Shown here piece after piece: positions 39,058-47,521 of a DNA stretch of 64,000 nt. Below the pieces are notes generated by a model. It saw only the letters and a program-made list of their open reading frames with translations, made no database searches and was not told the DNA's origin. The translations under genes were made by a program, and so were the position numbers. The DNA is from Candidatus Omnitrophota bacterium (GTDB taxonomy: Bacteria > Omnitrophota > Gorgyraeia > Zapsychrales > Fredricksoniimonadaceae). The first letter of the stretch is position 1; each line of letters opens with the position of its first letter. The stretch lies in contig CAIVRE010000033.1 of NCBI GenBank assembly GCA_903908245.1, forward strand, positions 18,172 through 82,171, in the 5' to 3' direction.

Positions 39058-40358
39058 GTACGCCAGAGGCTCCGGTTTCGGCTGTCAAGGTAAGGTTTGC
39101 GCCAAGTCCGACGGGATTCCTACATATTGGCGGCGCCCGCACGGCTCTTTTTAACTGGATGTATGCCCGTGCGCAGGGCGGAAAATTCGTGTTGCGCGTG
39201 GAGGATACGGACCTGGAGCGTTCCAGGCCCGAGTTTGAAAAAGAGATCATGGACAGCATGGCGTGGCTTGGCCTGACGTGGGACGAGCTTTACAAGCAGA
39301 GCGACCGGTTTGGTTTGTACCGTGATCATGCCGAAAAACTGGTTGCCGGTGGCAAGGCGTTCAGGGACGGTACCGCCGTGATCCTTAAGGTTGACAAGGC
39401 CCGGGATATTAAATTTGATGACCTGATCCGCGGTTTGATCGTTTTTAACACCGACGAGATCAAGGACCAGGTGCTGATGAAGTCGGACGGTTCGCCGGCG
39501 TACAGCTTCAGTTGTGTGGTGGACGATGCGCTCATGGGCATCACGCATGTTATTCGCGGCGAGGATCATATTTCCAACACGCCCAAGCAGATATTGATGT
39601 ACGAAGCCATGGGATTTAAAGTACCGAAGTTCGGTCATTTGCCTCTTATTATGGGAACGGACGGCGCCCGGTTGTCCAAGCGTTTCGGGGCGGTGGCGGT
39701 GAGCGATTACCGCAAGGAAGGGTTTATTCCCGAGGGTTTGGTGAATTATTTGATGCTTCTGGGCTGGTCGCCGGGCGGGGACCAGGAGATCATTGCCATG
39801 AAGAATGCGGTGGCAAAGTTCTCTATCAAGAAGATCAACAAGACTGCCGCGCAGTTCAATATGGAGAAGCTCAAGTGGGTGAATGCGCAGTATATCAAGG
39901 CTCTGACGGCCAAACAGCTTGCGGTGCTTGCGGTGCCGGTACTCAAAGAGGAAGGCTTGCTGGCCGACGGGTTTGATCCGGCGTGGCTGGAGCGTGTGCT
40001 GGAGCTTTACAAGAGCCGGATGTCGACGCTGCGGGAGCTTGTTGAACGGGCGGGTTTTCTGTTCACGGATGATTTTAAGGTTTCGGATGAGGTGCGCGCC
40101 GCGCAGTTGACCAGGGTGATGCCGAAGGAGTTTGCGCTCCTGGCGGATCATTTGGAGAAAGCCGAGCCGTTTGATGTTGTGACGACCGAGAAGATATTCA
40201 GGGGTGTGGTCGCCGGGCTCGGGATCCCGATGGGGGAGATGGTCCATCCGGTGCGTGTGGCTTTGACCGGGGATCATGTTGGCCCGGGGCTTTTTGATAC
40301 GATGAGCGTATTGGGCAAGGCCCGGACGCTGGCGCGCCTGCGGGCGGCATTCGTTTAG
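39054..40358 (+). CDS. gltX: Glutamate--tRNA ligase.
   Basis: 434 aa, ...VRFAPSPTGFLHIGGARTALFNW... (HIGH) and ...LSKRFGAV... (KMSKS-like). Confidence 0.9.
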   Translation: MSTPEAPVSAVKVRFAPSPTGFLHIGGARTALFNWMYARAQGGKFVLRVEDTDLERSRPEFEKEIMDSMAWLGLTWDELYKQSDRFGLYRDHAEKLVAGGKAFRDGTAVILKVDKARDIKFDDLIRGLIVFNTDEIKDQVLMKSDGSPAYSFSCVVDDALMGITHVIRGEDHISNTPKQILMYEAMGFKVPKFGHLPLIMGTDGARLSKRFGAVAVSDYRKEGFIPEGLVNYLMLLGWSPGGDQEIIAMKNAVAKFSIKKINKTAAQFNMEKLKWVNAQYIKALTAKQLAVLAVPVLKEEGLLADGFDPAWLERVLELYKSRMSTLRELVERAGFLFTDDFKVSDEVRAAQLTRVMPKEFALLADHLEKAEPFDVVTTEKIFRGVVAGLGIPMGEMVHPVRVALTGDHVGPGLFDTMSVLGKARTLARLRAAFV

Positions 40359-40413
40359 TTCTTGCAAAAACTGGCTTGTTTGTGTATAAATAGTGCCTTC
40401 CAAGTTGATATAT

Positions 40414-40484
40414 TGCCCTGTGGTGTAACGGTAGCACAATAGACTCTGGATCTGTTTGTCTAGGTTCGAATCCTAGCGGGGCAG
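40414..40484 (+). tRNA. tRNA-Gln (anticodon CUG).
   Basis: Acceptor TGCCCTG/CGGGGCA (U1-A72 as in bacterial tRNA-Gln, one G-U pair); anticodon stem ATAGA/TCTGT with loop CTCTGGA; T-arm CTAGG-TTCGAAT-CCTAG. A TTGCAA...TATAAAT promoter lies upstream. Confidence 0.8.
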
Positions 40485-40495
40485 GTAATTTGATG

Positions 40496-40525
40496 AAAAG
40501 CCCGACCTTATGGTCGGGCTTTTTC
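40496..40525 (+). terminator. Rho-independent terminator after tRNA-Gln.
   Basis: AAAAGCCCGACC-ttat-GGTCGGGCTTTTTCTTT. Confidence 0.8.
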
Positions 40526-40532
40526 TTTGGTA

Positions 40533-40660
40533 CCTGCCCCGCTAGGATTCGAAGGAGCCCCGCCGGGTCCGACGAATAGGAGGACCCTATAGGCGGGGCG
40601 GATGGCCGACCCGAAAGGAGCCCCGAAGGGCGACTGGAGGGCGCCGAACGCCTAGCGGGG
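40533..40660 (+). mobile_element. tRNA-Gln 3'-end-linked miniature element. The left end is a perfect 21-nt inverted copy of the tRNA 3' end, the middle is the conserved structured core, and the right end is a 10-nt direct copy of the tRNA 3' end followed by a T-run.
   Basis: CCTGCCCCGCTAGGATTCGAA (40533-40553) is the exact reverse complement of tRNA 40465-40485. The core (40554-40640) aligns with the tRNA-Val-linked core. CCTAGCGGGG at 40651-40660 equals tRNA 40472-40481, and the T-run is at 40664-40671. Confidence 0.6.
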
Positions 40661-40781
40661 GATGTTTTTTTTGTGGTAGATGGCTATTGTAGAAAATCAT
40701 GGTAGAATATACTAGTATTTCGACATTCTCTATAAAAATGATACGTAGGTTTTTGAAACGTGTTTGGGGCAGGGAGGCTGT

Positions 40782-41564
40782 ATGATCAAGCATATTCTTG
40801 TGGCGGATGATGAGCGGGGTACGGCGCTTTTGTTGTCACGGCGTCTGGAGAAATGCGGTTATCGGGTGACGGTTGTTGGCGATGGAGTTGAGGCCATTGA
40901 GTTCCTTAACACCAACAAGGTTGACCTGCTTATTACCGATGTCGTCATGCCCCGTATGGATGGCGTGGACCTTTATATGGAGCTGAAGGACCGCCCGGAT
41001 ACCATGGACATGCCTGTTATTATCATGACTGACAAGGAGGTGTTCCAGGAGTCTTTTGCGGCCCTTGGCGTGGAACTTTTCTCGCCCAAACCGAGCAATT
41101 TCGATTCGCTTTTGGAAAAGATCAAAAAGGTCGAACAGAAAGTAACGGAAAATCGCCGGTATAATAAGGTTGTTGTTATTGGACAAAAAGTCGATGTCCT
41201 TGAGGAAATGCGCCAGCAACTGCTTACGTGCGACTGTATCGTGGCGACGGTTTCAAGCATTATCGAGATCGGCCTGCGTTGTTTTCTGGTTAATCCGCGG
41301 ATAGTCTTTTTGGACGTCTTCACTCATGATTACGCGACAACCCAGGAGATCGTTAAATCGCTGCGCGCGTACGCGTTCTTCAAGAATACGGTCATTCTGC
41401 TTTATTCGACCGAGGCATCTGAAGAGGCAGGAAAAGGGCCTCAGATGTCTGCCATGGACGTCGCGATCAAGGATTGTCTGGACGCAGGTGCGACCCGATA
41501 TATCGGTCGTTTTTATTCTGCTAATTTTTTGGCACAACTCAAGGATTTCGGGGTTTCAAAATAA
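40782..41564 (+). CDS. Response regulator receiver protein (CheY-like REC domain plus a degenerate REC-like C-terminal half).
   Basis: MIKHILVADDERGTALLLSRRLEKCGYRVTVVGDGVEAIEFL...DLLITDVVMPRMDGVDLY. RBS AGGGAGG precedes the ATG at 40782. Confidence 0.7.
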   Translation: MIKHILVADDERGTALLLSRRLEKCGYRVTVVGDGVEAIEFLNTNKVDLLITDVVMPRMDGVDLYMELKDRPDTMDMPVIIMTDKEVFQESFAALGVELFSPKPSNFDSLLEKIKKVEQKVTENRRYNKVVVIGQKVDVLEEMRQQLLTCDCIVATVSSIIEIGLRCFLVNPRIVFLDVFTHDYATTQEIVKSLRAYAFFKNTVILLYSTEASEEAGKGPQMSAMDVAIKDCLDAGATRYIGRFYSANFLAQLKDFGVSK

Positions 41565-41658
41565 TATTCGGTGCATTCAACGATATCCCCTCCGTGTTGG
41601 TTCCTGCCCAATGGAAGTATTTTTTTGAACGGGTTAACTGTTCCTTCAGAATGAAAAA

Positions 41659-41678
41659 ATAGTTGACAAGTCAACTAT
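41659..41678. promoter_or_regulatory. Perfect 18-bp palindrome overlapping a TTGACA -35 hexamer; candidate MarR operator.
   Basis: ATAGTTGACAAGTCAACTAT, about 40 nt upstream of the marR-family gene. Confidence 0.55.
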
Positions 41679-41715
41679 ATGGTGGTATCCTTCAAGAAGA
41701 AAAGAGGGAGGGACT

Positions 41716-42186
41716 ATGGATGATCTGCAGGCGTTCGGAATAGAGGCGGGCAAGGGGCGGTATGATGAAGAAGGTTTTTACGGGTTGGTCCTTGTTTATA
41801 CCGTTCTCTTTAATAAAGTGGCCAAAACCCTGGATGCGTTCGGCCTGACGCCTGCCAAAATGAATGTTTTAATGATCATCAAGCATCAGGGCGGTGAGGC
41901 GGGGTTGAGCCAGCGCGAGATCGGCCGGTGCCTGATGGTTACGGCGTCGAACATGACGCGCCTTTTGGACAAGCTTGAGATCGAAAAGTTGATCGAACGC
42001 TCCGGCAGGGAGGGGGACAGGCGGGTCAAGGTGGTCCGGGTTTCCAGGCGGGGGTCGCAATTGCTTGATGATGCGTGGCCGGGATATATGAAGACAATGA
42101 AAAGCGCTATGGGAAAACTTTCGCAGGCAGAGCAGAAAATGCTGGCAGGGCTTATGTTCCGGTGGTTTCGTGATCTGAAGGGGTGA
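41716..42186 (+). CDS. MarR-family transcriptional regulator.
   Basis: 156 aa with a winged HTH, ...LTPAKMNVLMIIKHQGGEAGLSQREIGRCLMVTASNMTRLLDKLE... Confidence 0.75.
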   Translation: MDDLQAFGIEAGKGRYDEEGFYGLVLVYTVLFNKVAKTLDAFGLTPAKMNVLMIIKHQGGEAGLSQREIGRCLMVTASNMTRLLDKLEIEKLIERSGREGDRRVKVVRVSRRGSQLLDDAWPGYMKTMKSAMGKLSQAEQKMLAGLMFRWFRDLKG

Positions 42187-42201
42187 GATGTTTTTTAGGC
42201 A

Positions 42202-42221
42202 TATAGTTGATATGTTAACTA
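42202..42221. promoter_or_regulatory. Second MarR-type imperfect palindrome, upstream of the small membrane protein and lplT-aas operon.
   Basis: ATAGTTGA-TATG-TTAACTAT. The half-sites match the upstream palindrome at 7 of 8 positions. Confidence 0.45.
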
Positions 42222-42246
42222 TTTATACAGAAAAAGGAGGTGCACG

Positions 42247-42399
42247 ATGAAAGAATTTTGGAGTAATGCCGGGGTGGTTCTTTTTGTGGTTGCGGCTCTT
42301 TTTCTTGGGTGGGGGAGCATTATCCGGATGTTGAATGGGGCAGCTTTTTCTGGATATTATCAACCGCAGGGTTATTATATGATAATGGCGCGCATGTAA
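42247..42399 (+). CDS. Small hydrophobic protein (50 aa, one TM helix).
   Basis: Strong RBS AAAAAGGAGG 7 nt upstream. Translation: MKEFWSNAGVVLFVVAALFLGWGSIIRMLNGAAFSGYYQPQGYYMIMARM. Confidence 0.35.
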   Translation: MKEFWSNAGVVLFVVAALFLGWGSIIRMLNGAAFSGYYQPQGYYMIMARM

Positions 42400-42424
42400 T
42401 TACGGGATAAAGTCATTTAAGGTC

Positions 42425-45400
42425 ATGGAGGGTTTTATGGACAAGACGTGCCGGTCAGGCGCATTTAAAGCGTTATTGACAGCGCAATTTATGGGCGCGG
42501 TGACAGACAGCTTGCTTAAGGTGGTCGTTTCACTTTATGCCATTCAGATATTATTGTCTTCGGAAGATGCGACGCGCGCGGTAAGTATTGTTGGCGTTCT
42601 CTATATTCTGCCGTATGTGTTCTTTGCTCCTTTTGCCGGTTATTTGGCGGACCGTTTTTATAAACGCAGCGTTATTATCATTATGGGCCTGGTCAAGATC
42701 GTGTTCGCGTTATTGGCCGCCTGGGCTTTATGGACCGGGGATTTGTGGTTCCTGTGCGGGACATTGTTCCTGTTCATGGTGGACAGTGCGCTTTTCAGCC
42801 CGGCGAAACTCGGGATCCTTCCGGAGATGTTAAAAGAGGAAGAACTTTCCAAAGGCAACGGATATGTTCAGCTGGTTTCATTTGTCGGGATCATTTTAGG
42901 GACAGCGACGGGCGGCGTATTGTTCAAGATGATCAATGCGCATTTGTATTATATCGGGCTTTTAATGGGGGTGCTGTCCTTGATCAGTTTCGCGGTCAGT
43001 TTTGCCATTCGTTCCGAGCGGCCGCAACAGATCGCGCAACAGGGTTTTCTTTCTGGGACATGGAGCGCTCTCACCGGGGTCCGCAAAGACACCGGTTTGT
43101 TCCTGACCATGATGGCGCTGGCATTCTTTAATTTTCTCGGCGCGGTATTCCAGATGAATATTTTGATCTATGGCGCTCATGTTCTTTTGGTCGACCAGGT
43201 CCATATCAGTATTTTATTGGTCGCTGTTTCTCTGGGGATCGCGGCCGGGAGTGTGCTGGCAGGCGGGGCTTCGGAAGGCAAGGTGGAGCTCGGGCTTGTG
43301 CCGCTGGGCGCGATGGGGATCACGGGGATGTCCTTTCTGCTCGGGTTTGGCGGGAATTTCTATGCGGCACTGGGGATGCTTTTTGTCCTGGGCGTGTGCG
43401 CGGGGTTCTATACTGTTCCGCTCAATGCGTTCTTTCAACAGTACAGCCCAAAGGCAGAGCGCGGGCAGTATTTGTCGGTTCTTAATATGGTTTCGTCGTG
43501 CGGGTCTCTTCTGGCCGGAGGGTTTTTATGGTATTGCGGAGGGCAGCTGGCGATCAGTTCCGACAAGATCTTTTGGATCGTGGGCGGGTTGTCGCTTATT
43601 GCAACGGTTTATATCCTGTTGACACTTCCGATCGCTTTGGTGCGGCTGGTGAACTGGGTGATCGCGCATGCTGTTTACAAGTTGCGTGTGCTTAATAGCC
43701 AGCAGGTCCCGGAAGAGGGCGGGGCGCTGCTTATTGCCAATCATATTTCCTATGTGGACGCGATCCTGATATTGGCGGCGTTGAAGCGCCCGGTCCGTTT
43801 TATCATGTATCGCAGGATATATGAATTGCCGTTCGTCAGTTTTTTTGGCCGTGTGCTCAAGGCCATTCCGATCGATCGTGACGGGGGGCCCAAAGCGATC
43901 GCGCGCGCGTTGGCGGAGGCCCGTGAGGCGATCGCGAACGGGGAGCTTGTATGTATCTTCCCCGAGGGAGTGCTGACGCGCACGGGCAATATGCTCCCCT
44001 TTAATAAGGGGTTCGAGCACATTATGAAAGGCTTAAGCGCACCTATCATTCCGCTGTATCTTGATAATATTTGGGGAAGTATTTATTCTTTCGCCAATGG
44101 AAAATATTTCTGGAAGATCCCGCGTTTTACGCAGTATCCGGTATCCATTGTTTTCGGCAAGCCCATGGCCGGCGCGTCTAAAGTGCATGAGGTGCGGCAG
44201 GTAGTCCAGGAACTGGGCGCGGAGGCGAGTATTTTGCGCGGCGCATGGCGCAAGAAGTTGCACCTGGCATTTATCGACGAGGTCAAGCGTCATCCGTTCA
44301 AGTTTTGCATGGCGGATTCCATGGGCGCGCGGTTCACTTATCCCAAAGTTTTTTCCGCGGCTGTTGCCTTGTCGAAGGTCCTGCTGCCGGCTAACCGCAT
44401 GCCTATGGAAACCAATGAAATGGTGGGCGTCCTTTTGCCGTCGTCGTCGATGGCGGCCATTGCCAATATTGCGGTTTCCTTTGCCGGAAAGGTCCCGGTC
44501 AACCTGAATTTTACCTTGTCTGCAGAAGCATTTGATTCCTGCATCAAGCAGTGCCGGATGCGGATGATCATCACCTCCCGGGCATTCCTGGAGAAGACAG
44601 GGATCGTGGCGCGGCCGGAGATGGTTTTTCTGGAAGAGATCAAACAGAAAATAAGCCCGCTTAAGGCAGGGGTATATTTCCTGGCGGCGCTGCTTTTTCC
44701 GAAATGGTTATTGACCGGCATGTTCGTCCGCGGGGACAAGATGAACGTGGATGATGTTGCGACCGTCATATTTTCCAGCGGATCGACCGGTGAGCCCAAG
44801 GGGGTCCTGTTGACCCACGCGAATATTTTTTCAAATATCGAGGGCCTGTATCAGATCTTTAATATCCGTCAGAACGATGTGGTGGTGTCGGCCCTGCCTT
44901 TGTTCCATTCATTGGGGTTTACGGCCACCTTGTGTTTCCCCGTCGGGACTGCCCTGGGGGTTGTTTACCATACCAATCCCCTGGATGCCGGGACCATCGG
45001 GAAGCTTGTGGAGAAATATAAAGGGACCATTTTAATGGGGACCCCGACCTTTATGTCCGCGTATGTGAAGAAATGTTCGAAAGAGCAATTTGCGTCAGTA
45101 CGTCTGGCGGTTGTTGGCGCCGAGAAGTTAAAAGAGCCGCTGGCGAAGGCGTTTGAGGAGAAGTTCGGCGTGATGCCGTTCGAAGGCTATGGCGCAACCG
45201 AATTGTCGCCGATCGTGACGGTCGGGTTCCCTGATTATATGACGGATGAATCGCTGGAACATCAGGTTGGCAACAAGTTCGGTAAGGTCGGCCATCCGAT
45301 CCCCGGCGTTGCGGTCAAGGTGGTTGATCCGGACACGTTCGCGACCAAGGGGCCTAATGAGGACGGCTTGCTTCTGGTCAAGGGTGCGAATGTGATGAGG

Positions 45401-45847
45401 GGGTATCTGAACAATCCCGCGAAGACCATGGAGGTCATGAGGGACGGCTGGTATATTACAGGCGACATCGCAACCATTGACGAGGACGGATTCATCAAGA
45501 TCACGGACCGGTTAAGCCGGTTCAGCAAGATCGGCGGCGAGATGGTCCCTCATATCAAGGTGGAAGAAAACATTATGGAAGTGCTGGGCGCGACCGATCC
45601 GGTGATCGCGGTGGCGTCGGTCGCGGATGAGAAAAAAGGCGAGCGGCTGGTCGTGCTTCATACTGTGGATATGGATGTTGATGCGGTTTGTGAGGCTCTT
45701 GGCAGAAAAGGCATTCCCAATTTATGGATACCGAAGAAGGACAGTTTTTATCGTGTTGAGGCGATCCCGGCCCTTGGGACGGGCAAGACGGATATCAAAG
45801 GCGTCAAGTCGCTGGCGCAGAAATTGACGGAGGGGCCGCATGCGTAA
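42425..45847 (+). CDS. aas: Tri-domain fusion: MFS lysophospholipid transporter (LplT-like), 1-acyl-glycerol-3-phosphate acyltransferase domain (PlsC), and acyl-ACP synthetase/AMP-dependent ligase (Aas).
   Basis: 1140 aa with 12 TM helices N-terminal. The acyltransferase motifs NHISYVDAIL (HX4D) and ...CIFPEGVLTR (FPEG) come next. The AMP-binding motifs SSGSTGEPKGV and ...YGATE... are C-terminal. Confidence 0.8.
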   Translation: MEGFMDKTCRSGAFKALLTAQFMGAVTDSLLKVVVSLYAIQILLSSEDATRAVSIVGVLYILPYVFFAPFAGYLADRFYKRSVIIIMGLVKIVFALLAAWALWTGDLWFLCGTLFLFMVDSALFSPAKLGILPEMLKEEELSKGNGYVQLVSFVGIILGTATGGVLFKMINAHLYYIGLLMGVLSLISFAVSFAIRSERPQQIAQQGFLSGTWSALTGVRKDTGLFLTMMALAFFNFLGAVFQMNILIYGAHVLLVDQVHISILLVAVSLGIAAGSVLAGGASEGKVELGLVPLGAMGITGMSFLLGFGGNFYAALGMLFVLGVCAGFYTVPLNAFFQQYSPKAERGQYLSVLNMVSSCGSLLAGGFLWYCGGQLAISSDKIFWIVGGLSLIATVYILLTLPIALVRLVNWVIAHAVYKLRVLNSQQVPEEGGALLIANHISYVDAILILAALKRPVRFIMYRRIYELPFVSFFGRVLKAIPIDRDGGPKAIARALAEAREAIANGELVCIFPEGVLTRTGNMLPFNKGFEHIMKGLSAPIIPLYLDNIWGSIYSFANGKYFWKIPRFTQYPVSIVFGKPMAGASKVHEVRQVVQELGAEASILRGAWRKKLHLAFIDEVKRHPFKFCMADSMGARFTYPKVFSAAVALSKVLLPANRMPMETNEMVGVLLPSSSMAAIANIAVSFAGKVPVNLNFTLSAEAFDSCIKQCRMRMIITSRAFLEKTGIVARPEMVFLEEIKQKISPLKAGVYFLAALLFPKWLLTGMFVRGDKMNVDDVATVIFSSGSTGEPKGVLLTHANIFSNIEGLYQIFNIRQNDVVVSALPLFHSLGFTATLCFPVGTALGVVYHTNPLDAGTIGKLVEKYKGTILMGTPTFMSAYVKKCSKEQFASVRLAVVGAEKLKEPLAKAFEEKFGVMPFEGYGATELSPIVTVGFPDYMTDESLEHQVGNKFGKVGHPIPGVAVKVVDPDTFATKGPNEDGLLLVKGANVMRGYLNNPAKTMEVMRDGWYITGDIATIDEDGFIKITDRLSRFSKIGGEMVPHIKVEENIMEVLGATDPVIAVASVADEKKGERLVVLHTVDMDVDAVCEALGRKGIPNLWIPKKDSFYRVEAIPALGTGKTDIKGVKSLAQKLTEGPHA

Positions 45848-46571
45848 TGTCACGCTGAGGACAAATGACGATCATCGTATCGAGGCGGTGCATCATGAGG
45901 GCGGGTTCCGGAAGGCCGTGATCCTGGCGCACGGGTTCTTTAATGCCAAGGACGCGTATCTTTTCCGTGAGATCGCGAAGTCGCTCGCTGTTCATTATGA
46001 TGTGGTGGCATTTGATTTTCGCGGCCACGGGAAGAGCTCCGGGCTTTTCACGTGGACGACCAAAGAGTGCGCCGACCTGCAGGCCGTGATCGGATATGTA
46101 AAAAGCTGCGGCTATGACGCGATCGGGTTGATAGGGTTTTCTTTGGGCGCCGCGATCAGCCTGATCGAGGCGGCACAGAATCCTGACATCAAGACCGTGA
46201 TCGCGGTCAGCGCTCCGTATGATTTCTGGAAGATCGACTATCAGTTCTGGAAGCCCGCGATGCTCGACGACCTGAAGTTGAATTTGGGTTATAAAGCCAA
46301 GGGTAAAGGCGTGCGCCCAAGCCACCCGTGGGGGCCGAAGGTTGCGCCGATCGATATTGTTGACCGTATAGCGCCCCGGCCTGTTTTGTTCCTTCATGGG
46401 GCAGAAGACTGGCTTATCAATGTTCGTCACAGCCGGGAGTTGTATAAGAAAGCCAAAGAGCCGAAAAAGCTCGTGATCCTTGAAAAGGCCGGCCATGCCG
46501 AGACGATGTACGATCAGCAGTCGGAACAATTCATGAAGCCTTGTTTGGAATGGCTGGAAGCCACATTGTGA
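45840..46571 (+). CDS. Alpha/beta-hydrolase-fold protein.
   Basis: 243 aa, ...VILAHGFFN...FDFRGHG.S.G...GLIGFSLGAA (GxSxG)...LFLHGAEDWL... Confidence 0.75.
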   Translation: MRNVTLRTNDDHRIEAVHHEGGFRKAVILAHGFFNAKDAYLFREIAKSLAVHYDVVAFDFRGHGKSSGLFTWTTKECADLQAVIGYVKSCGYDAIGLIGFSLGAAISLIEAAQNPDIKTVIAVSAPYDFWKIDYQFWKPAMLDDLKLNLGYKAKGKGVRPSHPWGPKVAPIDIVDRIAPRPVLFLHGAEDWLINVRHSRELYKKAKEPKKLVILEKAGHAETMYDQQSEQFMKPCLEWLEATL

Positions 46572-46578
46572 ACGAAAA

Positions 46579-46764
46579 CACGGAAAGGTTTATCTGTGAG
46601 CAATCAGATGATTTTCGGCAAAAGCCTCCGAAGATTTACGGCAAAATGTAGGCATCATCGACTCGCCTTTGTAAGACTTGAAGCGAGGGCGATGTGCGCT
46701 TTACATTTTGACGTAAACTGAAGGAGGCGGCGAAAATCATCGCGAACAGATAAACCTTTCCGTG
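46579..46764. repeat. 186-bp element bounded by perfect 19-bp inverted repeats with a nested inner inverted repeat (long hairpin; MITE or structured-RNA candidate).
   Basis: CACGGAAAGGTTTATCTGT at 46579-46597 pairs with ACAGATAAACCTTTCCGTG at 46746-46764. Inner pair: GATGATTTTCG (46607-46617) with CGAAAATCATC (46731-46741). Additional complementary segments: GCCTCC with GGAGGC. Confidence 0.6.
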
Positions 46765-46795
46765 GGAGTTCATACATACAATGAAAGGACGATTT

Positions 46796-47521
46796 ATGAA
46801 ATGGTTTTTGACATCGCTTGTTCAGTTGCTGTTCGCGCTATTCATGTATCTGATGGGGTCGGTATTTTTCGGCGCGGCGCTGGTCCCCGGGCTGGCACTG
46901 ATATTTAAAGTGTGGGGCGCTACGGCCGCGATGATGCCGCTGTTGCGGTTATTTTGTGTGGGCACGGCCGTGGCGCTGGGGTTCTTTATTTTCGGCCTGA
47001 CGCTTATTTTGCTGGTCGGGCTCTTTCGTACGGCGCTTCAGTTGAAATTGAAAGAAGGCACACACCATTTGTTTTCCGGTGAAGCCATGAAATGGGCTTT
47101 TCTCAGTTCGCTGTTCCTGATGATCCATTACACGTTCATTGATTTTATCCTGCTGACGCCTTTCGCGAATATCCTGTTCCGCCTGCTGGGCGCGAATCTG
47201 GGGAAGAATGTGCAGTTCAATTCTAAATATGTTTTTGACGCAACTTTGCTTGAGATCGGCGATAACACGGTTGTCGGCGGCGGGGCGATCATCAATTGCC
47301 ATATTGTCGAGAGGGCCTCGTTAAAACTGAAGAAAGTAAAGATCGGCAGTAATGTCCTGCTCGGGTCTCATTGTACGGTCATGCCCGGTTGTGTGATCGG
47401 GGACCGGGCCATCATTGCGGCCGGGACCATTGTTCCCAAGAACACGGTCGTTCCTCCGCGGACGGTCTATGCGGGGCGGGAACACGAGATCAAGAAGGAT
47501 GTCGAGAAAGGAGTTCTATGA
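46796..47521 (+). CDS. Membrane-anchored left-handed beta-helix (hexapeptide-repeat acyltransferase-like) protein.
   Basis: N-terminal TM helices, then ...IGDNTVVGGGAIINCHIV...IGSNVLLGSHCTVMPGCVIGDRAIIAAGTIV hexapeptide repeats. RBS AAAGGA precedes the ATG at 46796. Confidence 0.5.
   Translation: MKWFLTSLVQLLFALFMYLMGSVFFGAALVPGLALIFKVWGATAAMMPLLRLFCVGTAVALGFFIFGLTLILLVGLFRTALQLKLKEGTHHLFSGEAMKWAFLSSLFLMIHYTFIDFILLTPFANILFRLLGANLGKNVQFNSKYVFDATLLEIGDNTVVGGGAIINCHIVERASLKLKKVKIGSNVLLGSHCTVMPGCVIGDRAIIAAGTIVPKNTVVPPRTVYAGREHEIKKDVEKGVL

Noticed and set aside
46609-46737. About 42-aa ORF inside the 186-bp hairpin element.
   Set aside because: It has no RBS and lies entirely within the paired arms of the hairpin. 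It is most likely a non-coding element.
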